A stretch of 64,000 nucleotides of DNA from Eledone cirrhosa (GCA_964016885.1 OZ024743.1:210676001-210740000); one strand, 5' to 3'. Shown: positions 1 to 14,459, counted from the first letter of the stretch. Translations and numbers: made by a program. Notes: a model not told the origin generated them from the letters alone.

Positions 1-3000
1 TGTAGCCAGATGAAAGCTCTTCATTCCATAAGATATACCACAGTTTACCATCCTATAGCCACACATGAAAGCTCTTCACTCCATAAGATATACCACAGTT
101 TACCATCCTATAGGCAGATGAAAACTCTTCACTCCATAAGATATACCACAGTTTACCACCCTATAGCCAGATGAAAGCTCTTCACTCCATAAGATATACC
201 AGTTTACCATCCTATAGCCACAGATGAAAGCTCTTCGCTCCATAAGATATACCACAGTTTACCACCCTATAGCCAGATGAAAGATCTTCACTCCATAAGA
301 TATACCAGTTTACCATCCTATAGCCACAGATGAAAGCTCTTCACTCCATAAGATATACCACAGTTTACTATCCTATAGCCACAGATGAAAGCTCTTCACT
401 CCATAAGATATACCAGTTTACCATCCTATACCCACAGATCAAAGCTCTTCACTCCATAAGATATACCACAGTTTACCACCCTATAGCCAGATGAAAGCTC
501 TTCACTCCATAAGATATACCACAGTTTACCATCCTATTGCCACACATGAAAGCTCTTCACTCCATAAGATATACCACAGTTTACCATCATATACCCACAG
601 ATAAATGCACAACACTCCATAAGATATACCACAGTTTACCATCCTATAGCCACAGATGAAAGCTCTTCACCCCATAAGATATACCACAGTTTACCATCCT
701 ATAGCCACAGATGAAAGCTCTTCGCTCCATAAGATATACCACAGTTTACCATCCTATAGCCACACATGAAAGCTCTTCACTCCATAAGATATACCACAGT
801 TTAACATCCTATAGCCACACATGAAAGCTCTTCACTCCATAAGATATACCACAGTTTACCATCCTGTAGCCAGATGAAAGCTCTTCACTCCATAAGATAT
901 ACAACAGTTTACCAACCTATAGCCACAGATGAAAGCTCTTCACTCCATAAGATATACCACAGTTTACCATCCTATAGCCAGATGAAAGCTCTTCACTCCA
1001 TAAGATATACCACAGTTTACCATCCTATAGCCACACATTAAAGCTCTTCACTCCATAAGATATACCACAGTTTACCAACCTATAGCCACAGATGAAAGCT
1101 CTTCACACCATAAGTTATACCACAGTTTACCATCCTATAGCCAGATGAAAGCTCTTCACTCCATAAGATATACCAGTTTACCATCATATAGCCACAGATG
1201 AAAGCTCTTCACTCCATAAGATATACCACAGTTTACCATCCTATAGCCAGATGAAAGCTCTTCACTCCATAAGATATACCACATTCTACCATCCTATAGC
1301 CAGATGAAACCCTTCACTCCATAAGATATACAACAGTTTACCATCCTATAGCCACAGATGAAAGCTCTTCACTCCATAAGATATACCACAGTTTACCATC
1401 CTATGGCCACAGTTGAAAGCTCTTCACTCCATAAGATATACCACAGTTTACCATCCTATAGCCACACATGAAAGCTCTTCAATCCATAAGATATACCACA
1501 GTTTACCATCCTATAGCCATACATGAAAGCTCTTCAGTCCATAAGATATACCACAGTTTACCATCTTATAGCCACACATGAAAGCTGTTCACTCCATAAG
1601 ATATACCACAGTTTACCATCCTATAGCCATGCATGAAAGCTCTTCAGTCCATGAGATATACCACAGTTTACCATCCTATAGCCACAGATGAAAGCTCTTC
1701 ACTCCATAATATATACCACAGTTTAACATCCGATAGCGAGATGAAAGCTCTTCACTCCATAAGATATACCACGGTTTACCATCCTATAGCCACACATGAA
1801 AGCTCTTCCCTCCATAAGATATACCACAGTTTACCATCTTATAGCCACAGATGAAAGCTCTTCACTCCATAAGATATACCATAGTTTACCATCCTATGGC
1901 CACACATGAAAGCTCTTCACTCCATAAGATATACCACAGTTTACCATCCTATAGCCACACATGAAAGCTCTTCACTCCATAAGTGATACCACAGTTTACC
2001 ATCCTATAGCCATACATGAAAGCTCTTCAGTCCATAAGATATACCACAGTTTACCATCTTATAGCCACACATGAAAGCTGTTCACTCCATAAGATATACC
2101 ACAGTTTACCATCCTATAGCCATGCATGAAAGCTCTTCAGTCCATAAGATATACCACGGTTTACCATCCTATAGCCACACATGAAAGCTCTTCACTCCAT
2201 AAGATATACCACAGTTTACCATCCTATAGCCACAGATGAAAGCTCTTCACTCCATAAGATATACCACAGTTTACCATCCTATGGCCACACATGAAAGCTC
2301 TTCACACCATAAGATATACCACAGTTTACCATCCTATAGCCATGCATGAAAGCTCTTCAGTCCATAAGATATACCACAGTTTACCATCCTATAGCCAGAT
2401 GAAAGCTCTTCACTCCATAAGATATACCACAGTTTACCATCCTATAGCCACAGATGAAAGCTCTTCACTCCATAAGATATACCACAGTTTACCATCCTAT
2501 GGCCACACATGAAAGCTCTTCACACCATAAGATATACCACAGTTTACCATCCTATAGCCACACATGAAACTCTTCACTCCATAGGATATACCACAGTTTA
2601 CCATCCTATAGCCACACATGAATGCTCTTCACTCCATAGGATATACCACAGTTTACCATCCTATAGCCATACATGAAAGCTCTTCAGTCCATAAGATATA
2701 CCACAGTTTACCATCCAATAGCCACAGATGAAAGCTCTTCACTCCATAAGATATACTACAGTTTACCATCCTATAGCCAGATGAAAGCTCTTCACTCCAT
2801 AAGATATAGCACAGTTTACCATCCTATAGCCACAGATGAAAGCTCTTCATTCCATAAGATATACCACAGTTTACCATCCTATTGCCACACATGAAAGCTC
2901 TTCACTCCATAAGATATACCACAGTTTACCATGTTATAGCCACACATGAAAGCTCTTCAATCCATAAGATATACCACAGTTTACCATCCTATAGCCACAG

Positions 3001-6000
3001 ATGAAAGCTCTTCACTCCATAAGATATACTACAGTTTACCATCCTATGGCCACACATGAAAGCTCTTCACTCCATAGGATATACCACAGTTTACCAGCCT
3101 ATAGCCACACATGAAAGCTCTTCACTCCATAGGATATACCACAGTTTACCATCCTATAGCCACACATGAAAGCTCTTCACTCCATAACCATAGTTTACCA
3201 TTCTATAGCCACACATGAAAGCTCTTCACTCCATAAGATATACCACAGTTTACCATCCTATAGCCACAGATGAAAGCTCTTTACACCATGAGATATACCA
3301 CAGTTTACCATCCTATAGCCACAGAGGAAAGCTCTTCAGTCCATAAGATATACCACAGTTTACCATCCTATGGCCACACATGAAAGCTCTTCACCCATAA
3401 GATATACCACAGTTTACCATCCTTTCGCAAGATGAAAGCTCTTCACTCCATAGGATATACCACAGTTTACCATCCTATAGCCACCCATGAAAGCTCTTCA
3501 CTCCATAAGATATACCACAGTTTACCATCATATGGCCACACATCAAAGCTCTTCACTCCATAAGATATACCACAGTTTACCACCCTATAGCCAGATGAAA
3601 GCTCTTCACTCCATAAGATATACCAGAGTTTATCATCCTATAGCCACACATGAAAGCTCTTCACTCCATAAGATATACCACAGTTTACCATCATATAGCC
3701 ACAGATGAATGCACATCACTCCATAAGATATACCACAGTTTACCATCCTATAGCCACAGATGAAAGCTCTTCACCCCATAAGATATACCAGAGTTTACCA
3801 TCCTATAGCCACAGATGAAAGCTCTTCGCTCCATAAGATATACCACAGTTTACCATCCTATAGCCACACATGAAAGCTCTTCACTCCATAAGATATACCA
3901 CAGTTTACCATCCTATAGCCACAGATGAAAGCTCTTCGCTCCATAAGATATACCACAGTTTACCATCCTATAGCCACACATGAAAGCTCTTCACTCCATG
4001 AGATATACCACAGTTTAACATCCTATAGCGACACATGAAAGCTCTTCACTCCATAAGATATACCACAGTTTACCATCCTGTAGCCAGATGAAAGCTCTTC
4101 ACTCTATAAGATATACCACAGTTTACCATCCTATAGCCAGATGAAAGCTCTTCACTCCATAAGATATACCACAGTTTACCATCCTGTAGCCAGATGAAAG
4201 CTCTTCATTCCATGAGATATACCACAGTTTACCATCCTATAGCCACACATGAAAGCTCTTCACTCCATAAAATATACCACAGTTACCATCCTATAGGCAG
4301 ATGAAAACTCTTCACTCCATAAGATATACCACAGTTTACCACCCTATAGCCAGATGAAAGCTCTTCACTCCATAAGATATACCAGTTTACCATCCTATAG
4401 CCACAGATGAAAGCTCTTCGCTCCATAAGATATACCACAGTTTACCACCCTATAGCCAGATGAAAGATCTTCACTCCATAAGATATACCAGTTTACCATC
4501 CTATAGCCACAGATGAAAGCTCTTCACTCCATCAGATATACCACAGTTTACTATCCTATAGCCACAGATGAAAGCTCTTCCCTCCATAAGATATACCAGT
4601 TTACCATCCTATAGCCACAGATGAAAGCTCTTCACTCCATAAGATATACTACAGTTTACCACCCTATAGCCAGATGAAATCTCTTCACTCCATAAGATAT
4701 ACCAGAGTTTACCATCCTATAGCCACACATGAAAGCACTTCACTCCATAAGATATACCACAGTTTACCATCATATACCCACAGTTAAATGCACATCACTC
4801 CATAAGATATACCACAGTTTACCATCCTATAGCCACAGATGAAAGCTCTTCACCCCATAAGATATACCACAGTTTACCATCCTATAGCCACAGATGAAAG
4901 CTCTTCGCTCCATAAGATATACCACAGTTTACCATCCTATAGCCACACATGAAAGCTCTTCACTCCATAAGATATACCACAGTTTAACATCCTATAGCCA
5001 CACATGAAAGCTCTTCACTCCATAAGATATACCACAGTTTACCATCCTGTAGCCAGATGAAAGCTCTTCACTCTATAAGATATACCACAGTTTACCATCC
5101 TATAGCCAGATGAAAGCTCTTCACTCCATAAGATATACCACAGATTACCATCCTGTAGCCAGATGAAAGCTCTTCACTCCATAAGATATACCACAGATTA
5201 CCATCCTGTAGCCAGATGAAAGCTCTTCACTCCATAAGATATACAACAGTTTACCAACCTATAGCCACAGATGAAAGCTCTTCACTCCATAAGATATACC
5301 ACAGTTTACCATCCTATAGCCAGATGAAAGCTCTTCACTCCATAAGATATACCACAGTTTACCATCCTATAGCCACACATTAAAGCTCTTCACTCCATAA
5401 GATATACCACAGTTTACCAACCTATAGCCACAGATGAAAGCTCTTCACTCCATAAGTTATACCACAGTTTACCATCCTATAGCCAGATGAAAGCTCTTCA
5501 CTCCATAAGATATACCAGTTTACCATCATATAGCCACAGACGAAAGCTCTTCACTCCATAAGATATACCACAGTTTACCATCCTATAGCCAGATGAAAGC
5601 TCTTCACTCCATAAGATATACCACATTCTACCATCCTATAGCCAGATGAAACCCTTCACTCCATAAGATATACAACAGTTTACCATCCTATAGCCACAGA
5701 TGAAAGCTCTTCACTCCATAAAATATACCACAGTTTACCATCCTATGGCCACAGATGAAAGCTCTTCACTCCATAAGATATACCACAGTTTACCATCCTA
5801 TAGCCACACATGAAAGCTCTTCACTCCATAAGATATACCACAGTTTACCATCCTATAGCCATACATGAAAGCTCTTCAGTCCATAAGATATACCACAGTT
5901 TACCATCTTATAGCCACACATGAAAGCTGTTCACTCCATGAGATATACCACAGTTTACCATCCTATAGCCATGCATGAAAGCTCTTCAGTCCATAAGATA

Positions 6001-9000
6001 TACCACAGTTTACCATCCTATAGCCACAGATGAAAGCTCTTCACTCCATAATATATACCACAGTTTAACATCCGATAGCGAGATGAAAGCTCTTCACTCC
6101 ATAAGATATACCACGGTTTACCATCCTATAGCGACACATGAAAGCTCTTCACTCCATAAGATATACCACAGTTTACCATCCTATAACTACAGCTGAAAGC
6201 TCTTCACTCCATAAGATATACCACAGTTTACCATCCTATGGCCACACATGAAAGCTCTTCACTCCATAAGATATACCACAGTTTACCATCCTTTCGCAAG
6301 ATGAAAGCTCTTCACTCCATAGGATATACCACAGTTTACCATCCTATAGCCACCCATGAAAGCTCTTCACTCCATAAGATATACCACAGTTTACCATCAT
6401 ATGGCCACACATCAAAGCTCTTCACCCATGAGATATACCACAGTTTACCATCCTGTAGCCAGATGAAAGCTCTTCACTTCATAAGATATACAACAGTTTA
6501 CCATCCTATAGCCACACATGAAAGCTCTTCACTCCATAAGATATACCACAGTTTACCATCATATAGCCACAGATGAATGCACATCACTCCATAAGATATA
6601 CCACAGTTTACCATCCTATAGCCACAGATGAAAGCTCTTCACCCCATAAGATATACCAGAGTTTACCATCCTATAGCCACAGATGAAAGCTCTTCGCTCC
6701 ATAAGATATACCACAGTTTACCATCCTATAGCCACACATGAAAGCTCTTCACTCCTTAAGATATACCACAGTTTACCATCTTATAGCCACAGATGAAAGC
6801 TCTTCGCTCCATAAGATATACCACAGTTTACCATCCTATAGCCACACATGAAAGCTCTTCACTCCATGAGATATACCACAGTTTAACATCCTATAGCGAC
6901 ACATGAAAGCTCTTCACTCCATAAGATATACCACAGTTTACCATCCTGTAGCCAGATGAAAGCTCTTCACTCTATAAGATATACCACAGTTTACCATCCT
7001 ATAGCCAGATGAAAGCTCTTCACTCCATAAGATATACCACAGTTTACCATCCTGTAGCCAGATGAAAGCTCTTCATTCCATAAGATATACCACAGTTTAC
7101 CATCCTATAGCCACACATGAAAGCTCTTCACTCCATAAGATATACCACAGTTACCATCCTATAGGCAGATGAAAACTCTTCACTCCATAAGATATACCAC
7201 AGTTTACCACCCTATAGCCAGATGAAAGCTCTTCACTCCATAAGATATACCAGTTTACCATCCTATAGCCACAGATGAAAGCTCTTCGCTCCATAAGATA
7301 TACCACAGTTTACCACCCTATAGCCAGATGAAAGATCTTCACTCCATAAGATATACCAGTTTACCATCCTATAGCCACAGATGAAAGCTCTTCACTCCAT
7401 AAGATATACCACAGTTTACTATCCTATAGCCACAGATGAAAGCTCTTCACTCCATAAGATATACCAGTTTACCATCCTATACCCACAGATGAAAGCTCTT
7501 CACTCCATAAGATATACCACAGTTTACCACCCTATAGCCAGATGAAAGCTCTTCACTCCATAAGATATACCACAGTTTACCATCCTATTGCCACACATGA
7601 AAGCTCTTCACTCCATAAGATATACCACAGTTTACCATCATATACCCACAGATAAATGCACAACACTCCATAAGATATACCACAGTTTACCATCCTATAG
7701 CCACAGATGAAAGCTCTTCACCCCATAAGATATACCACAGTTTACCATCCTATAGCCACAGATGAAAGCTCTTCGCTCCATAAGATATACCACAGTTTAC
7801 CATCCTATAGCCACACATGAAAGCTCTTCACTCCATAAGATATACCACAGTTTAACATCCTATAGCCACACATGAAAGCTCTTCACTCCATAAGATATAC
7901 CACAGTTTACCATCCTGTAGCCAGATGAAAGCTCTTCACTCCATAAGATATACAACAGTTTACCAACCTATAGCCACAGATGAAAGCTCTTCACTCCATA
8001 AGATATACCACAGTTTACCATCCTATAGCCAGATGAAAGCTCTTCACTCCATAAGATATACCACAGTTTACCATCCTATAGCCACACATTAAAGCTCTTC
8101 ACTCCATAAGATATACCACAGTTTACCAACATATAGCCACAGATGAAAGCTCTTCACTCCATAAGTTATACCACAGTTTACCATCCTATAGCCAGATGAA
8201 AGCTCTTCACTCCATAAGATATACCAGTTTACCATCATATAGCCACAGATGAAAGCTCTTCACTCCATAAGATATACCACAGTTTACCATCCTATAGCCA
8301 GATGAAAGCTCTTCACTCCATAAGATATACCACATTCTACCATCCTATAGCCAGATGAAACCCTTCACTCCATAAGATATACAACAGTTTACCATCCTAT
8401 AGTCACAGATGAAAGCTCTTCACTCCATAAAATATACCACAGTTTACCATCCTATGGCCACAGATGAAAGCTCTTCACTCCATAAGATATACCACAGTTT
8501 ACCATCCTATAGCCACACATGAAAGCTCTTCACTCCATAAGATATACCACAGTTTACCATCCTATAGCCATACATGAAAGCTCTTCAGTCCATAAGATAT
8601 ACCACAGTTTACCATCTTATAGCCACACATGAAAGCTGTTCACTCCATGAGATATACCACAGTTTACCATCCTATAGCCATGCATGAAAGCTCTTCAGTC
8701 CATAAGATATACCACAGTTTACCATCCTATAGCCACAGATGAAAGCTCTTCACTCCATAATATATACCACAGTTTAACATCCGATAGCGAGATGAAAGCT
8801 CTTCACTCCATAAGATATACCACGGTTTACCATCCTATAGCGACACATGAAAGCTCTTCACTCCATAAGATATACCACAGTTTACCATCCTATAGCTACA
8901 GATGAAAGCTCTTCACTCCATAAGATATACCACAGTTTACCATCCTATGGCCACACATGAAAGCTCTTCACTCCATAAGATATACCACAGTTTACCATCC

Positions 9001-9429
9001 TTTCGCAAGACGAAAGCTCTTCACTCCATAGGATATACCACAGTTTACCATCCTATAGCCACCCATGAAAGCTCTTCACTCCATAAGATATACCACAGTT
9101 TACCATCATATGGCCACACATCAAAGCTCTTCACCCATGAGATATACCACAGTTTACCATCCTGTAGCCAGATGAAAGCTCTTCACTCCATAAGATATAC
9201 AACAGTTTACCATCCTATAGCCACACATGAAAGCTCTTCACTCCTTAACCATAGTTTACCATTCTATAGCCACACATGAAAGCTCTTCACTCCATAAGAT
9301 ATACCACAGTTTAATATCCTATAGCCACAGATGAAAGCTCTTTACACCATGAGATATACCACAGTTTAACATCCTATAGCCAGATGAAAGCTCTTCACTC
9401 CATAAGATATACCACAGTTTACCATCCTA

Positions 9430-12400
9430 TCTCCACAGATGAAAGCTCTTCAATCCATAAGATATACCACAGTTTACCATCCTATGGCCACACATGAAAG
9501 CTCTTCACCCATAAGATATACCACAGTTTACCATCCTTTCGCAAGATGAAAGCTCTTCACTCCATAGGATATACCACAGTTTACCATCCTATAGCCACAC
9601 ATGAAAGCTCATCACTCCATAAGATATACCACAGTTTAGCATCCTATAGCCAGATGAAAACTCTTCACTCCATAAGATATAGCAGTTTACCATCCTATAG
9701 CCACACATGAAAGTTCTTCACTCCATAAGATATACCACAGTTTACCACCCTATAGCCAGATGAAAGCTCTTCACTCCATAAGATATACCAGTTTACCATC
9801 CTATAGCCACAGATGAAAGCTCTTCACTCCATAAGATATACCACAGTTCACCACCCTATAGCCAGATGAAAGCTCTTCACTCCATAAGATATACCACAGT
9901 TTACCATCCTATAGCCACACATGAAAGCTCTTCACTCCATAAGATATACCACAGTTTACCATCATATAGCCACAGATGAATGCACATCACTCCATAAGAT
10001 ATACCACAGTTTACCATCCTATAGCCACAGATGAAAGCTCTTCACTCCATAAGATATACCACAGTTTACCATCCTATATCCAGATGAAAGCTCTTCACTC
10101 CTTAAGATATACCACAGTTTACCATCCTATAGCCACACATGAAAGCTCTTCACTCCATAAGATATACAGCAGTTTACCATCCTATGGCCACAGATGAAAG
10201 CTCTTCACTCCATAAGATATACCACAGTTTACCATCCTATAGCCACAGATGAAAGCACTTCACTCCATAAGATATACCACAGTTTACCATCCTATAGCCA
10301 CACATGAAAGCTCTTCACTCCATAAGATATACCAGAGATTACCATCCTGTAGCCAGATGAAAGCTCTTCACTCCATAAGATATACAACAGTTTACCAACC
10401 TATAGCCACAGATGAAAGCTCTTCACTCCATAAGATATACCACAGTTTACCATCCTATAGCCAGATGAAAGCTCTTCACTCCATAAGATATACCACAGTT
10501 TACCATCCTATAGCCACACATTAAAGCTCTTCACTCCATAAGATATACCACAGTTTACCAACCTATAGCCACAGATGAAAGCTCTTCACTCCATAAGTTA
10601 TACCACAGTTTACCATCCTATAGCTAGATGAAAGCTCTTCACTCCATAAGATATACCAGTTTACCATCATATAGCCACAGATGAAAGCTCTTCACTCCAT
10701 AAGATATACCACAGTTTACCATCCTATAGCCATACATGAAAGCTCTTCAGTCCATAAGATCTACCACAGTTTACCATTCTATAGCCAGATGAAAGCTCTT
10801 CACTCCATAAGATATACCACATTCTACCATCCTATAGCCAGATGAAACCCTTCACTCCAAAAGATATACCACAGTTTACCATCCTATAGCCACACATGAA
10901 AGCTCTTCACTCCATAAGATATACCACAGTTTACCATCCTATAGGCAGATGAAAACTCTTCACTCCATAAGATATACCACAGTTTACCACCCTATAGCCA
11001 GATGAAAGCTCTTCACTCCATAAGATATACCAGTTTACCATCCTATAGCCACAGATGAAAGCTCTTCGCTCCATAAGATATACCACAGTTTACCACCCTA
11101 TAGCCAGATGAAAGATCTTCACTCCATAAGATATACCAATTTACCATCCTATAGCCACAGATGAAAGCTCTTCACTCCATAAGATATACCACAGTTTACC
11201 ATCCTATAGCCACAGATGAAAGCTCTTCACTCCATAAGATATACCAGTTTACCATCCTATACCCACAGATGAAAGCTCTTCACTCCATAAGATATACCAC
11301 AGTTTACCACCCTATAGCCAGATGAAAGCTCTTCACTCCATAAGATATACCAGACTTTACCATCCTATAGCCACACATGAAAGCTCTTCACTCCATAAGA
11401 TATACCACAGTCTACCATCATATAGCCACAGATGAATGCACATCACTCCACAAGATATACCACAGTTTACCATCCTATAGCCACAGATGAAAGCTCTTCA
11501 CCCCATAAGATATACCACAGTTTACCATCCTATAGCCACAGATGACAGCTCTTCGCTCCATAAGATATACCACAGTTTACCATCCTATAGCCACACATGA
11601 AAGCTCTTCACTCCATAAGATATACCACAGTTTAACATCCTAGAGCCACACATGAAAGCTCTTCACTCCGTAAGATATACCACAGTTTACCATCCTGTAG
11701 CCAGATGAAAGCTCTTCACTCTACAAGATATACCACAGTTTACCATCCTATAGCCAGATGAAAGCTCTTCACTCCATAAGATATAACACAGATTACCATC
11801 CTGTAGCCAGATGAAAGCTCTTCACTCCATAAGATATACAACAGTTTACCAACCTATAGCCACAGATGAAAGCTCCTCACTCCATAAGATATACCACAGT
11901 TTACCATCCTATAGCCACAGATGAAAGCTCTTCACTCCATAAGATATACCACAGTTTACCATCCTATGGCCACAGATGAAAGCTCTTCAATCCATAAGAT
12001 ATACCACAGTTTACCATCCTATGGCCACACATGAAAGCTCTTCACCCATAAGATATACCACAGTTTACCATCCTTTCGCAAGATGAAAGCTCTTCACTCC
12101 ATAGGATATACCACAGTTTACCATCCTATAGCCACACATGAAAGCTCATCACTCCATAAGATATACCACAGTTTAGCATCCTATAGCCAGATGAAAACTC
12201 TTCACTCCATAAGATATAGCAGTTTACCATCCTATAGCCACACATGAAAGTTCTTCACTCCATAAGATATACCACAGTTTACCACCCTATAGCCAGATGA
12301 AAGCTCTTCACTCCATAAGATATACCAGTTTACCATCCTATAGCCACAGATGAAAGCTCTTCACTCCATAAGATATACCACAGTTCACCACCCTATAGCC

Positions 12401-14450
12401 AGATGAAAGCTCTTCACTCCATAAGATATACCACAGTTTACCATCCTATAGCCACACATGAAAGCTCTTCACTCCATAAGATATACCACAGTTTACCATC
12501 ATATAGCCACAGATGAATGCACATCACTCCATAAGATATACCACAGTTTACCATCCTATAGCCACAGATGAAAGCTCTTCACTCCATAAGATATACCACA
12601 GTTTACCATCCTATATCCAGATGAAAGCTCTTCACTCCTTAAGATATACCACAGTTTACCATCCTATAGCCACACATGAAAGCTCTTCACTCCATAAGAT
12701 ATACAGCAGTTTACCATCCTATGGCCACAGATGAAAGCTCTTCACTCCATAAGATATACCACAGTTTACCATCCTATAGCCACAGATGAAAGCACTTCAC
12801 TCCATAAGATATACCACAGTTTACCATCCTATAGCCACACATGAAATCTCTTCACTCCATAAGATATACCAGAGATTACCATCCTGTAGCCAGATGAAAG
12901 CTCTTCACTCCATAAGATATACAACAGTTTACCAACCTATAGCCACAGATGAAAGCTCTTCACTCCATAAGATATACCACAGTTTACCATCCTATAGCCA
13001 GATGAAAGCTCTTCACTCCATAAGATATACCACAGTTTACCATCCTATAGCCACACATTAAAGCTCTTCACTCCATAAGATATACCACAGTTTACCAACC
13101 TATAGCCACAGATGAAAGCTCTTCACTCCATAAGTTATACCACAGTTTACCATCCTATAGCTAGATGAAAGCTCTTCACTCCATAAGATATACCAGTTTA
13201 CCATCATATAGCCACAGATGAAAGCTCTTCACTCCATAAGATATACCACAGTTTACCATCCTATAGCCATACATGAAAGCTCTTCAGTCCATAAGATCTA
13301 CCACAGTTTACCATTCTATAGACAGATGAAAGCTCTTCACTCCATAAGATATACCACATTCTACCATCCTATAGCCAGATGAAACCCTTCACTCCAAAAG
13401 ATATACCACAGTTTACCATCCTATAGCCACACATGAAAGCTCTTCACTCCATAAGATATACAACAGTTTACCATCCTATAGGCAGATGAAAACTCTTCAC
13501 TCCATAAGATATACCACAGTTTACCACCCTATAGCCAGATGAAAGCTCTTCACTCCATAAGATATACCAGTTTACCATCCTATAGCCACAGATGAAAGCT
13601 CTTCGCTCCATAAGATATACCACAGTTTACCACCCTATAGCCAGATGAAAGATCTTCACTCCATAAGATATACCAATTTACCATCCTATAGCCACAGATG
13701 AAAGCTCTTCACTCCATAAGATATACCACAGTTTACCATCCTATAGCCACAGATGAAAGCTCTTCACTCCATAAGATATACCAGTTTACCATCCTATAGC
13801 CACAGATGAAAGCTCTTCGCTCCATAAGATATACCACAGTTTACCACCCTATAGCCAGATGAAAGCTCTTCACTCCATAAGATATACCAGACTTTACCAT
13901 CCTATAGCCACACATGAAAGCTCTTCACTCCATAAGATATACCACAGTCTACCATCATATAGCCACAGATGAATGCACATCACTCCACAAGATATACCAC
14001 AGTTTACCATCCTATAGCCACAGATGAAAGCTCTTCACCCCATAAGATATACCACAGTTTACCATCCTATAGCCACAGATGAAAGCTCTTCGCTCCATAA
14101 GATATACCACAGTTTACCATCCTATGGCCACACATGAAAGCTCTTCACTCCATAAGATATACCACAGTTTACCATCCTGTAGCCAGATGAAAGCTCTTCA
14201 CTCTATAAGATATACCACAGTTTACCATCCTATAGCCAGATGAAAGCTCTTCACTCCATAAGATATAACACAGATTACCATCCTGTAGCCAGATGAAAGC
14301 TCTTCACTCCATAAGATATACAACAGTTTACCAACCTATAGCCACAGATGAAAGCTCCTCACTCCATAAGATATACCACAGTTTACCATCCTATAGCCAC
14401 AGATGAAAGCTCTTCACTCCATAAGATATACCACAGTTTACCATCCTATG
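9430..14450 (+). repeat. Tandem block duplication, 2537-bp period (~47 monomers)
   Basis: Rare variants paired at +2537: GTTTAGC 9634/12171, CAGTTCAC 9844/12381, TAGCTAG 10621/13158, CTCCAAAAG 10855/13392, CAGACTT 11351/13888. ORF offset 9976>12513 agrees. The offset falls to 2482 near the end (one monomer lost). Confidence 0.9.
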
Positions 14451-14459
14451 GCCACAGAT

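Noticed and set aside
65-80. Heat-shock element (nGAAnnTTCn) or GATA site in each monomer
   Set aside because: GAA and TTC are separated by 5 nt, not the 2 nt of a canonical HSE, and there is no third pentamer. AGATAT does not fit WGATAR.
1981-1990. Singleton AAGTGATACC dinucleotide variant
   Set aside because: Seen once and length-neutral. It cannot be distinguished from a private mutation or a consensus error.
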